Source: a virus. From it: DNA of 64,000 nucleotides. Positions 56,699 to 64,000 of this stretch are shown here, piece after piece. The notes below the pieces were generated by a model. The model searched no databases. It had not been told where the DNA came from and was given only the letters and a program-made list of their open reading frames with translations. The DNA lies in the IMG/VR virus record IMGVR_UViG_3300010158_000060, positions 8,334 to 72,333 of that record; one strand, 5' to 3'. Position numbers and translations under genes: made by a program. The stretch's first letter is position 1. Every line of letters starts with the position of its first letter.

Positions 56699-57010
56699 AT
56701 GATTAAAGTTAAAGAAATGAAAGATGATGCCATTGTTCAAGTACCTGTAAGTAAAGGTTATTACATAATGGTTAAAAACTTAGCCTATATTCTTTTGAAT
56801 AAAATGATTCAAGATAAAAAATCTGAAGAATATCTTAAAGAAATAGGTGTTAAAACATATGTTGAACTTGATGATGATCAAAAAGCTATGCAAACTGTAA
56901 CTTTATTAGTTGCTGAAATTGAAGCTCAAGCAGTAGTTCAGAAACAATTTCAAGAGAAAGAAGTATTACAACCAGGAGATGAAGGATTTGAAGCTCCTAC
57001 TGAAGGTTAA
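56699..57010 (+). CDS. Hypothetical protein, the only + strand gene in the replication arm
   Basis: Phage-like codon usage; occupies a gap with no long - strand ORF. Confidence 0.7.
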   Translation: MIKVKEMKDDAIVQVPVSKGYYIMVKNLAYILLNKMIQDKKSEEYLKEIGVKTYVELDDDQKAMQTVTLLVAEIEAQAVVQKQFQEKEVLQPGDEGFEAPTEG

Positions 57011-57371
57011 CATTCAATTCTACTCCTATTTCAATACAAGCTTGAATAGTTAGCATAAGCTGGTCTTTGGTACACTCTGCAAATGATTTGCAAAACTCAC
57101 CTTCTGAGTCTGTGTAGCAAAGACCAGATCTTTTTTTGACAATCTTTTTCATTTCTTCAAAAGTATAGCCGGATTCTTTGGCTAACTCTCTAATACATGC
57201 ATGCACTTTATTAATTTGTGCTCTACTGTGATCTGCATTAGCTAGATCAATATACATTTCTACTTCCTGTCCTTCAGGTATCTTCTGTAGGAACAGTTCA
57301 TATGCCAGCTTATCCTTTGGATTGGAATAAGTAAGCTTACCTTCTTTTTTTACAAGTTTGCCTGTGTACAT
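56997..57371 (-). CDS. NinB-like protein
   Basis: SRAQINKVHACIRELAKESGYTFEEMK..KSFAECTK. Confidence 0.6.
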   Translation of the reverse strand: MYTGKLVKKEGKLTYSNPKDKLAYELFLQKIPEGQEVEMYIDLANADHSRAQINKVHACIRELAKESGYTFEEMKKIVKKRSGLCYTDSEGEFCKSFAECTKDQLMLTIQACIEIGVELNVNLQ

Positions 57372-57610
57372 ATTTTTAGTGTTTCAAGAAAATTAGTTAA
57401 ACTTTCAACATCTTTAATAAGTATCTTATCTACTTCAAAGCAATCTACAGTCCAATTATCATCATCAATTTCTTCAGTTGAATCAGAAACTAATGTGATA
57501 CCATCTACTACATCAAGAACATAGTAGTAAAAGTCTTTATCATTACCACTTTCTTCTTTGGAAACATCTCTTCTGGTAAACCCAGCATCAATTAAATCTT
57601 GCTCTTTCAT
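57350..57610 (-). CDS. Hypothetical protein
   Basis: ORF track. Confidence 0.6.
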   Translation of the reverse strand: MKEQDLIDAGFTRRDVSKEESGNDKDFYYYVLDVVDGITLVSDSTEEIDDDNWTVDCFEVDKILIKDVESLTNFLETLKICTQANL

Positions 57611-58047
57611 AATTTGTTTTTCATTTTAAACATCATTAACTCCGGTGTTGCAATTTTAAGATAGTTATCTTTAACATGATCTACATACCAAGGTGATTCA
57701 AGTTTGTCTTCTCTTAATTTCCCAAACTGTTTTAAACTTAAAACAACAATATAAATATTATCATCATCAGCTTGTAGCATCTCAAACATTCTATTGTTTT
57801 CATCTTTAGTAATTATTTCAAGAAACTCTAACAAATTAAGTTCTAGTTTGTATACAAATAACCATTCTCTCTTATTGAGAAAATCATACCTTGGAGAAAA
57901 TATATTTACTTGATGCTTAAATAATATAAGATATATATCATTTTGTACATCTTTTGATAAAGTAACATGTAATCTAAGAAGATCTTTTGCTAAATACAAT
58001 ACTTCCTTAGCAACATCAGCCTTTATATCACTGTTTCCCATATACAA
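57607..58047 (-). CDS. Hypothetical protein
   Basis: ORF track; EMLQADDDN motif. Confidence 0.6.
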   Translation of the reverse strand: MYMGNSDIKADVAKEVLYLAKDLLRLHVTLSKDVQNDIYLILFKHQVNIFSPRYDFLNKREWLFVYKLELNLLEFLEIITKDENNRMFEMLQADDDNIYIVVLSLKQFGKLREDKLESPWYVDHVKDNYLKIATPELMMFKMKNKL

Positions 58048-58098
58048 TTAATATTACTAATAACCGGAACTCCTCAACTATCCTATAGAACAACTTTT

Positions 58099-58278
58099 TC
58101 ATGGCTGTAATACTTGATAAATACAATTCTCTACAATAAGATTCCAAGTAGCTGAAGGATCAGACTCTTCTTCATCGGCATACATAGCAAGAACTTGATT
58201 TACTTGCTCAGTTGTTAAACTTTTTTTGATGCTGTTAGCTACCACTACTACATCAATTTCAGATATATTACTTACCAT
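58099..58278 (-). CDS. Hypothetical protein (59 aa; not in ORF track)
   Basis: MVSNISEIDVVVVANS...IVENCIYQVLQP*, translated by hand. Confidence 0.6.
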   Translation of the reverse strand: MVSNISEIDVVVVANSIKKSLTTEQVNQVLAMYADEEESDPSATWNLIVENCIYQVLQP

Positions 58279-58465
58279 GTGTTTCTTTTTTATTTAAATA
58301 ATTATAATTTCTAATGTGGGTAATAGCAGCATGCTCATTACATAATCCACATGTTCCAAGATAAAATGTGCAAATCATTGCTTTATCTTTCTGTTCTTCT
58401 GTGAGATATTTTACTCCACAATTCACACAGACATAATCTGATTTTCTATTCTCCTTCTTTGTCAT
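58268..58465 (-). CDS. Small zinc-finger protein
   Basis: CVNC..CGLC; likely start MTKKENR. Confidence 0.55.
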   Translation of the reverse strand: MTKKENRKSDYVCVNCGVKYLTEEQKDKAMICTFYLGTCGLCNEHAAITHIRNYNYLNKKETHGK

Positions 58466-58781
58466 AGATTTCTTTTTCTTCAGGACTAAGTTCTTCATAT
58501 TTAGGTATAACATAACCAATAATCATTTCATTTTCAGTATAGTATTCTTGATTTTTATAACCAAAACAAATACGGTTAGTTTCAAGTTGTATACTTCTTT
58601 CTTTTTCAAGTTGCATTTTAGATTCATTACTAAAATACTCTTCATTATACTTTCTTTTTCTAAGAATAAGCATTATCAAAAAATACAATTCTGAATCTTT
58701 GTCAAGTTTCATAAGTGCGTCAAGTAAACTATTTGTTGTATACCTGCAATAATCTATTTGATAAAAATCTTTTTCTTTCAT
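58446..58781 (-). CDS. Hypothetical protein
   Basis: ORF track. Confidence 0.55.
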   Translation of the reverse strand: MKEKDFYQIDYCRYTTNSLLDALMKLDKDSELYFLIMLILRKRKYNEEYFSNESKMQLEKERSIQLETNRICFGYKNQEYYTENEMIIGYVIPKYEELSPEEKEIYDKEGE

Positions 58782-58783
58782 AA

Positions 58784-58993
58784 TTAAATATCAATATGAA
58801 TTAAAAAACTAATTTTTCTTTTAATAGTTGGATATGTTTCCAATAACCATTTTGTCAAAGCATCAGTGCTTTCTTTACCATCAATATGGCACTCAATGTA
58901 AGTATGCTTTTTATAACCATGTATCAAAGGATTAGTTCTTAACTCTACCGGTATCTCAGATACGGGAATTATTGATCTTTTAATTGTTTTCAT
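58784..58993 (-). CDS. Hypothetical protein
   Basis: ORF track. Confidence 0.55.
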   Translation of the reverse strand: MKTIKRSIIPVSEIPVELRTNPLIHGYKKHTYIECHIDGKESTDALTKWLLETYPTIKRKISFLIHIDI

Positions 58994-59097
58994 ACTAACT
59001 TTTTATGTTTATAACAATCTATACATATGTGATACCCAGGAGTTACACTTGGTACATATGTATGTTTACAAAATAATCTTTTAATCTTTTTCCACAT
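58990..59097 (-). CDS. Small Cys/His protein (35 aa, LFCKH..CxxC type; not in ORF track)
   Basis: MWKKIKRLFCKHTYVPSVTPGYHICIDCYKHKKLV*, ATGA-coupled to the next gene. Confidence 0.55.
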   Translation of the reverse strand: MWKKIKRLFCKHTYVPSVTPGYHICIDCYKHKKLV

Positions 59098-59098
59098 A

Positions 59099-59917
59099 CT
59101 ATTTCTTTTTAAATTGATTGAACCATTCAAGATCTTGTTTAAGAAGTAATTCCCTAAAAGGTGTCATAGTAGTGCCAAAATGTTTACATCTTGCTGTTAA
59201 TAATTCTATTACTTCTTCCTCACTATACATTCTTTCAGCTTGGTAATTAGCACCTTCAATCATTCCTGATTTAAATGCTGCTTTAGCTGTATCAATTACT
59301 AATTGACCTTTTACATCAGCATCTTTAGAAATAAAAATACCATATTTGTCTTTCTGCAATCTTTCAGCAGCTTTTTCTAATGATTCTTGTTTAGGTTCTT
59401 CATATAATCCTAATTCTTCATCATCATGCATCATATTAATAAGATGTTGCTTTTGTTCTTCTTGTGGTATGATTATCATGTACTTGTTTTTTAAACATTC
59501 TTCAGCATTTGGACACATATCATGATTCCACTCACAATTAAGACAATTTCCAAGTTCATAGTTAACTTCAACAAACTCACAAGTAGGATTCTTAACAAAC
59601 CATTTCAAGAACTCATCATCAATAGCTTGAACACCATCAGCAATTAGAGTTGGGTCTGTTGTTAGGATGATTTTTTTATAATGCCCACAATCTCTATATA
59701 CTTGTACAAGCTCTTTAGAAACTTTTTGAATGTTGTAATCTTGTTTTGTACTGTAAACAAAATCATCTTCTTTAATATCCTCCAAAGATGTGATATAGAT
59801 ATGACTTGATGTTCTCCAATTTAATGATTCTTTAGAGAGTGCATATTGAGGTGTGAAAGAATGGTAGTAGTGCAACCTACTTGGTTGGTCTGTTGGTATA
59901 ATAAATATATTTTTCAT
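59099..59917 (-). CDS. Mosaic hypothetical protein of Bacteroidetes-phage type
   Basis: KKIILTTD..GVQAIDDEFLKWFVKNP and ERMYSEEEV modules; CLNC..CPNAEEC. Confidence 0.65.
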   Translation of the reverse strand: MKNIFIIPTDQPSRLHYYHSFTPQYALSKESLNWRTSSHIYITSLEDIKEDDFVYSTKQDYNIQKVSKELVQVYRDCGHYKKIILTTDPTLIADGVQAIDDEFLKWFVKNPTCEFVEVNYELGNCLNCEWNHDMCPNAEECLKNKYMIIIPQEEQKQHLINMMHDDEELGLYEEPKQESLEKAAERLQKDKYGIFISKDADVKGQLVIDTAKAAFKSGMIEGANYQAERMYSEEEVIELLTARCKHFGTTMTPFRELLLKQDLEWFNQFKKK

Positions 59918-60348
59918 GATTTCTTTTCTTTAATTAGTTCAATAAGTTTATCTATACAAGATGATTCTGCTTCTTCATAGGTTTTATATTCAATTAAATC
60001 ATGAAAAAATAAACGGCCTATACCATATTTCAAAATTTTATCAACATACCAGTATAGTTCTTCAGATTCATCTTCATCATAAGCAAATGAAACCCACAAT
60101 TTGTGCTCATCTCTAAACCACTTGAAGACTTGTGATTTTAGTGGTGCTGAAATTCTACCAATTTCACTTAAATTATTATGATAAAATTGATTCTGATTTA
60201 ATGAAGTTAGTTCACCATCATCTGGGTCAATATCAAAAAATATTTTATCTTCAACATTATTAAGTCCATAATAAGCAAAACAAGGTTCATTAAAACCTAA
60301 TTCCTTCAAAGCTAATGCTTGATTATAATTTACAAAGTGTTCTTCCAT
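59914..60348 (-). CDS. Hypothetical protein of Bacteroidetes-phage type
   Basis: FVNYNQALALKELGFNEPC..SAPLKSQVFKWFR..TYEEA; start probably MEEHF. Confidence 0.65.
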   Translation of the reverse strand: MEEHFVNYNQALALKELGFNEPCFAYYGLNNVEDKIFFDIDPDDGELTSLNQNQFYHNNLSEIGRISAPLKSQVFKWFRDEHKLWVSFAYDEDESEELYWYVDKILKYGIGRLFFHDLIEYKTYEEAESSCIDKLIELIKEKKS

Positions 60349-60349
60349 C

Positions 60350-60868
60350 TTAATTCTTTTTAATTGTGTGAAATTCATCAAAAAACTTACTTATGTAAGT
60401 GCTGTATCCTGGATGTGCATAGTTTCTATCTAAGTGAGATAAATACTGCTCTCTTGTCATTTTATGACCTTGCACAAATTCTAAGTATAATTTGTAATCA
60501 AGTACACTATGTTGCCAAGACTCAAAATGTGCAAAACCTTTCTTACTTCCTAAGCTTTTAGTAGGTCTTACACCAGGATGTCTCATACCAAATAAGTTCT
60601 TATTTGATTTAAATAACCCACTGCACATGTTACTTTCTTGCCGTACAATAGCATAGGCAATCTCAGGATGTTGTATATTCTTTTCTAGAATATAACTTAC
60701 TAATAGTTCTCTATCTAATTTAGAACTATCTACTGCTACTACTACTGTAGTATCTTTAATCACTTTCTTTACAACCTTAATTTTTTTATTTTCACTTTTC
60801 CCTAAGCTTATTAAACCAGTTGTAAATACTGCAATTATCACAAACATTACTGTTACTTTCATATACAT
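60350..60868 (-). CDS. Glucosaminidase/lysozyme-fold peptidoglycan hydrolase with N-terminal signal anchor
   Basis: AIVRQES..NKNLFGM..AHFESWQHSVLDY..YA..Y (GH73-like); hydrophobic N-terminus. Confidence 0.75.
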   Translation of the reverse strand: MYMKVTVMFVIIAVFTTGLISLGKSENKKIKVVKKVIKDTTVVVAVDSSKLDRELLVSYILEKNIQHPEIAYAIVRQESNMCSGLFKSNKNLFGMRHPGVRPTKSLGSKKGFAHFESWQHSVLDYKLYLEFVQGHKMTREQYLSHLDRNYAHPGYSTYISKFFDEFHTIKKN

Positions 60869-60874
60869 ATTTTT

Positions 60875-60955
60875 TTAAAAATGCAGGAATTCCACCTGCT
60901 ATACCCTGTTGTAATCCGCAAGGCTTAGAGCTACTTATTCACTCCCGTATTTTTA
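60875..60955 (-). ncRNA. tRNA-like cloverleaf element 2 (non-canonical, no CCA)
   Basis: Acceptor UAAAAAU/AUUUUUA, D-stem GGAGU/GCUCU, middle stem GCCUUG/CAGGGU, T-like arm GCAGG-UGGAAUU-CCUGC. Confidence 0.5.
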
Positions 60956-61065
60956 GTTTGTTTAGACTTTTTTTCTTTTTCATCAAGCTTATTGAAATAC
61001 TCAAGCCTCTCTGCTATTTTCTTGTTCACCAGATTGTAGTCTGGCATAGTGTTCTCCTTCTTCAT
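60931..61065 (-). CDS. Small ORF (44 aa; not in ORF track)
   Basis: MKKENTMPDYNLVNKKIAERLEYF...GVNK*. Confidence 0.35.
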   Translation of the reverse strand: MKKENTMPDYNLVNKKIAERLEYFNKLDEKEKKSKQTKNTGVNK

Positions 61066-61168
61066 TTTCTTTTTGTTTTAGAATATCAAGAGCTTCTCCA
61101 AGAGATAAACCATCAGGTGTAACACCAGAGTTTATCAAATCCATGTAGATCTGTTTAATCTTCCCCAT
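61001..61168 (-). CDS. Small ORF (55 aa; not in ORF track)
   Basis: MGKIKQIYMDLINSG...ENSREA*. Confidence 0.5.
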   Translation of the reverse strand: MGKIKQIYMDLINSGVTPDGLSLGEALDILKQKENEEGEHYARLQSGEQENSREA

Positions 61169-61532
61169 TTTGTGTACCTCTCATGATTGCACCAATAATA
61201 CCTCTAAAAGGATCATTTTCTTCTTTACCAAGTCTATGACCAACTAAAAAACATACAAATGCAAGCTCATTAGGATGTGTTACACCTTTACTTGCTTCAG
61301 CAAGTATATTTGTTATAGACTCATTAGCACAAGCTGTTCTTGTTATTGCATACAACTCACTTTTTCTTTCAGGTGTAATACCTAATGTACCTGTGATAGT
61401 ATCATCTGCATCATCAATAATCTTAACTGTAAGATAGTCTTGGTAATCAGGTAAAACTATTGGTGTTTCTTTTTTACTAAATAATTGAGAGATCCAATTC
61501 TTCTTCTCTGACTGTGATTTCTTGTTTTTCAT
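61155..61532 (-). CDS. Hypothetical protein
   Basis: ORF track. Confidence 0.6.
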   Translation of the reverse strand: MKNKKSQSEKKNWISQLFSKKETPIVLPDYQDYLTVKIIDDADDTITGTLGITPERKSELYAITRTACANESITNILAEASKGVTHPNELAFVCFLVGHRLGKEENDPFRGIIGAIMRGTQNGED

Positions 61533-61749
61533 AAATTTCTAAAGGTATAAAACGTGAAGCACTATAATATTCATACGGAAAAGAATCTGGAGAAAGATAT
61601 ACTTCCTCCAATTCAAATCCTAATTCATTGCCCATAAGTGCTAATTGAACAATTTGTTTTACAGTATATACATTACCTTGAACAATCCATTCTGTAAGAG
61701 GAATCTTACCTGGTTTATTCTTGTCATTAATACAAACTACTTTAAGCAT
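61477..61749 (-). CDS. Hypothetical protein (KVVCIND type)
   Basis: ORF track. Confidence 0.6.
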   Translation of the reverse strand: MLKVVCINDKNKPGKIPLTEWIVQGNVYTVKQIVQLALMGNELGFELEEVYLSPDSFPYEYYSASRFIPLEIYEKQEITVREEELDLSII

Positions 61750-62020
61750 ACTCTTTTATTTCAGATTTTAACTCCATCTGTTCTAAAGATGTGTTAATCT
61801 CTAACATATCCATATAATTACCAGATACAATATCTACTGAACCTTTACCATCTGCTATAAGAGCGCATTGTTCTGCTTGATGGGCATCATGATTACAAAA
61901 TCTAATTAAGCATGCAATAACATATAAGAAGTCATGGTGATCATCATTATGCAAAACAATCTTGTGTGTTTTAGTATCTTCCATATTATAATTTATGGAA
62001 TTTTTTTCAGTATTCAACAT
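61742..62020 (-). CDS. clpS: ATP-dependent Clp protease adaptor ClpS-like protein
   Basis: HKIVLHNDD..F.YVIACL..CNH..QAEQCALI..KG, matching the Bacteroidetes ClpS pattern. Confidence 0.85.
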   Translation of the reverse strand: MLNTEKNSINYNMEDTKTHKIVLHNDDHHDFLYVIACLIRFCNHDAHQAEQCALIADGKGSVDIVSGNYMDMLEINTSLEQMELKSEIKEYA

Positions 62021-63120
62021 TAATATATTACATTAAATGTTTTGTAAGTTACTTTAGTTTGGTCAAATCCTTCTAAAGCTTGCTTAACCCAATGTTCATC
62101 AATAGTATTCTTATAACATAAAATATGTACTACTGCTGTCTCATCTGGATTAAGTCTCAATAATCTACCAATTCTTTGGGCAGACTTTCTCTCATTACCA
62201 TAAGCATGAAGAATAATACCTTGTTTAAGATCGGGAATATTAACACCTTCACTCAACTGATGAACAGTAGAAAGACAGTTAATCTTACCTTCTTTAAACC
62301 AAGTTAAACAATCTTCACTTTCTTTATTACCACTATGGTAAGAGTAAGGAGATAATAAATCTGCTTGCTCCTGTGTATTTGCAAAGACAATAACTTTATT
62401 CTTCTGAGTAATGCTTGCTAATAATTTCTTAGTGTATTTTTCTTTACTAGGATACTCCATAAGAGCGCGCATTCTCATGATTCTGAGCATATGTAAATTA
62501 CCTGCTCCGGACTCAACTCTTTGAGACCAGTACTGATAATTTAATTTCTCTGAGGTCAGGAAACTATTATTCTTATTCTTTACTAAATAATCTTTCTTAT
62601 CGGACAACTCAAGCATATGAACAAATATCTTGTAGTCATTCAAGATATTATTCTCTACTGCATCATCAGCTTCAAAGCTATATACAACAGGACAGAAATC
62701 ATTTACCATTCTACCCTTTTCAGAGCCATGGTGTTTAGGAGGAGTACCAGTAAGACCCAGTATCTTTCCTTTGTAGTTCTCTAAGAAGAATCTATGTGAA
62801 TCCAAAAGACTGTGTACTTCATCCAAATAAACAATATCATAATCATTAGGATCATGTTTGTTTATGCTTAGATAAGTAGTAAACACAATTCTTCCAAGTA
62901 AATGAGCTTTATCAAATTTACCTGCATCATCAATCCATGATATGAATATAGATTTCTTTGGTGCTACAACCAAAACTTTCTGAAGAGGTGTAGTATTTCT
63001 TTCTAAGTGAATCAAACCAACTTTAGTCTTCCCAACACCTGTTCCAAGTACAATACTACAACGTCTATGATCATCAGTTTTGCTGATAGCTATATCTTGT
63101 ACATCATCTTTTGTAATCAT
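62020..63120 (-). CDS. Superfamily 2 (DExH) helicase
   Basis: GTGVGKT, DEVH, GLTGTP, LSEGVNIP, QRIGRLLR. Confidence 0.9.
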   Translation of the reverse strand: MITKDDVQDIAISKTDDHRRCSIVLGTGVGKTKVGLIHLERNTTPLQKVLVVAPKKSIFISWIDDAGKFDKAHLLGRIVFTTYLSINKHDPNDYDIVYLDEVHSLLDSHRFFLENYKGKILGLTGTPPKHHGSEKGRMVNDFCPVVYSFEADDAVENNILNDYKIFVHMLELSDKKDYLVKNKNNSFLTSEKLNYQYWSQRVESGAGNLHMLRIMRMRALMEYPSKEKYTKKLLASITQKNKVIVFANTQEQADLLSPYSYHSGNKESEDCLTWFKEGKINCLSTVHQLSEGVNIPDLKQGIILHAYGNERKSAQRIGRLLRLNPDETAVVHILCYKNTIDEHWVKQALEGFDQTKVTYKTFNVIY

Positions 63121-63163
63121 TTTATTTTATTTTTGAAAATTTTGTTTGGTTTTCTTTTGAATA

Positions 63164-63910
63164 TTATATAATATTAAAAACTTTTTGTTGAATAAAATGA
63201 TTAGCTACTGTTGTATCTGTCATTAGTTTGACAACATTGATGTTTAATTCAATATTTTTTAAAACATTTTCATGATTGTAGTTTTCTCCATAAGCTTTTA
63301 TAAAATTACTTAAGAAATTAAACTTAACCCATCTGTCTGCTTTGCCAATTTTTATAAACAAATCACTGAATTTTTTACACATTTCTTCAGCATTTACATT
63401 CATAATTTTAAATTCACCATTTTTAATAATATTACTCATAGTGGAATTTTGCTTAAATTGATTTTCATTGTAACAGATTGAAGCAATCATCAAAGGTTCT
63501 AAATTATATAAGTTCTTATACTTTTTAAGAATTAAATAATCAGGATTAGAATACATCCATGCATTAATATAATCAAGTAAATTCCAAGATTTACCAGAAT
63601 TATTATAATAAGCCATTTTTCTAACTATATCAGTTTCATCTTTAATTTCAATATATCTGTATTCAACAGGTATATTTTCTCTTTGACAAGCATGTACAAG
63701 ATGTTGACCATCAATAACATATGTCTTTAATTCACCATCAATTGCATTAGTTCTTACACATATAACTTGTCTAGTAATACCAATTGCTCTTATACTTTCA
63801 ACTAATTTTTCTACTTGTTCAGAATTAATGTTTCTATTCATTGGTAAATAATTAAACAATGAATAATTTGTTGTTACACTAATTTGAATAACTTGCTTTT
63901 TCATAATCAT
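63164..63910 (-). CDS. ParB/Srx-like N-terminal domain protein
   Basis: NRNIN..VEKLVESI..VIDGQH..W..DYI. Confidence 0.65.
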   Translation of the reverse strand: MIMKKQVIQISVTTNYSLFNYLPMNRNINSEQVEKLVESIRAIGITRQVICVRTNAIDGELKTYVIDGQHLVHACQRENIPVEYRYIEIKDETDIVRKMAYYNNSGKSWNLLDYINAWMYSNPDYLILKKYKNLYNLEPLMIASICYNENQFKQNSTMSNIIKNGEFKIMNVNAEEMCKKFSDLFIKIGKADRWVKFNFLSNFIKAYGENYNHENVLKNIELNINVVKLMTDTTVANHFIQQKVFNII

Positions 63911-63930
63911 AAACTTTTTTAATCAGACTT

Positions 63931-64000
63931 TTATTTTAACCAATTCATAACTCTTGCCTCTTCTGTATGTGTGTGTATCCAGTCATGACAATTTCTACAG
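63931..64000 (-). CDS. 3' end of an HNH-type protein (truncated by the window edge)
   Basis: CRNCHDWIHTH..WLK*, translated by hand. Confidence 0.55.
   Translation of the reverse strand, partial: CRNCHDWIHTHTEEARVMNWLK

Noticed and set aside
39518-60561. + strand ORFs nested in - strand genes (e.g. 39518, 40150, 44760, 47734, 51194, 54195, 60364)
   Set aside because: Shadows of clearly identifiable genes; only 56699-57010 occupies its own space.
1-64000. Stop-codon reassignment, as in some crAss-like lineages
   Set aside because: Genes up to 10 kb are uninterrupted in the standard code, and TAA, TAG and TGA all terminate genes.
1-64000. CRISPR array, diversity-generating retroelement, integrase
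   Set aside because: No regularly spaced repeats, reverse transcriptase or recombinase motifs were seen. The Cas4-like nuclease is a usual phage PD-(D/E)xK enzyme.

Overview
AT-rich 64-kb segment of a crAss-like (Crassvirales-type, Bacteroidetes/Flavobacteria-infecting) lytic phage genome in the standard genetic code. Two convergent arms meet at a hairpin terminator near 38.3 kb. The + arm (1-38263) carries the 3' end of a probable tail stabilisation gene, four large predicted virion cargo proteins (three rich in a repeated [FMAK]-[QK]-x-G-G motif) and three giant virion proteins (2449, 3465 and 2240 aa). The 3465-aa protein is the virion RNA polymerase (RIP...GGDFDIDK). The - arm (38312-64000) is the replication/early module: PolB, PD-(D/E)xK nuclease, MoxR AAA plus VWA-metallopeptidase pair, LAGLIDADG homing endonuclease, GIY-YIG nuclease, primase, SSB-like protein, AAA_24 ATPase, DnaB-like helicase, UDG, NinB-like protein, glucosaminidase, ClpS, SF2 helicase, ParB-like protein and many small ORFs. 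The most notable observations are: (i) two non-canonical tRNA-like cloverleaves directly upstream of polB and of the glucosaminidase gene; (ii) QxGG-punctuated modular cargo proteins carrying zincin, ART-like and toxin-like modules; (iii) a variable locus holding three versions of one gene's 3' end; (iv) a repeat-bounded in-frame cassette inside the vRNAP gene. All calls rest on motif recognition by eye; no database search was run.
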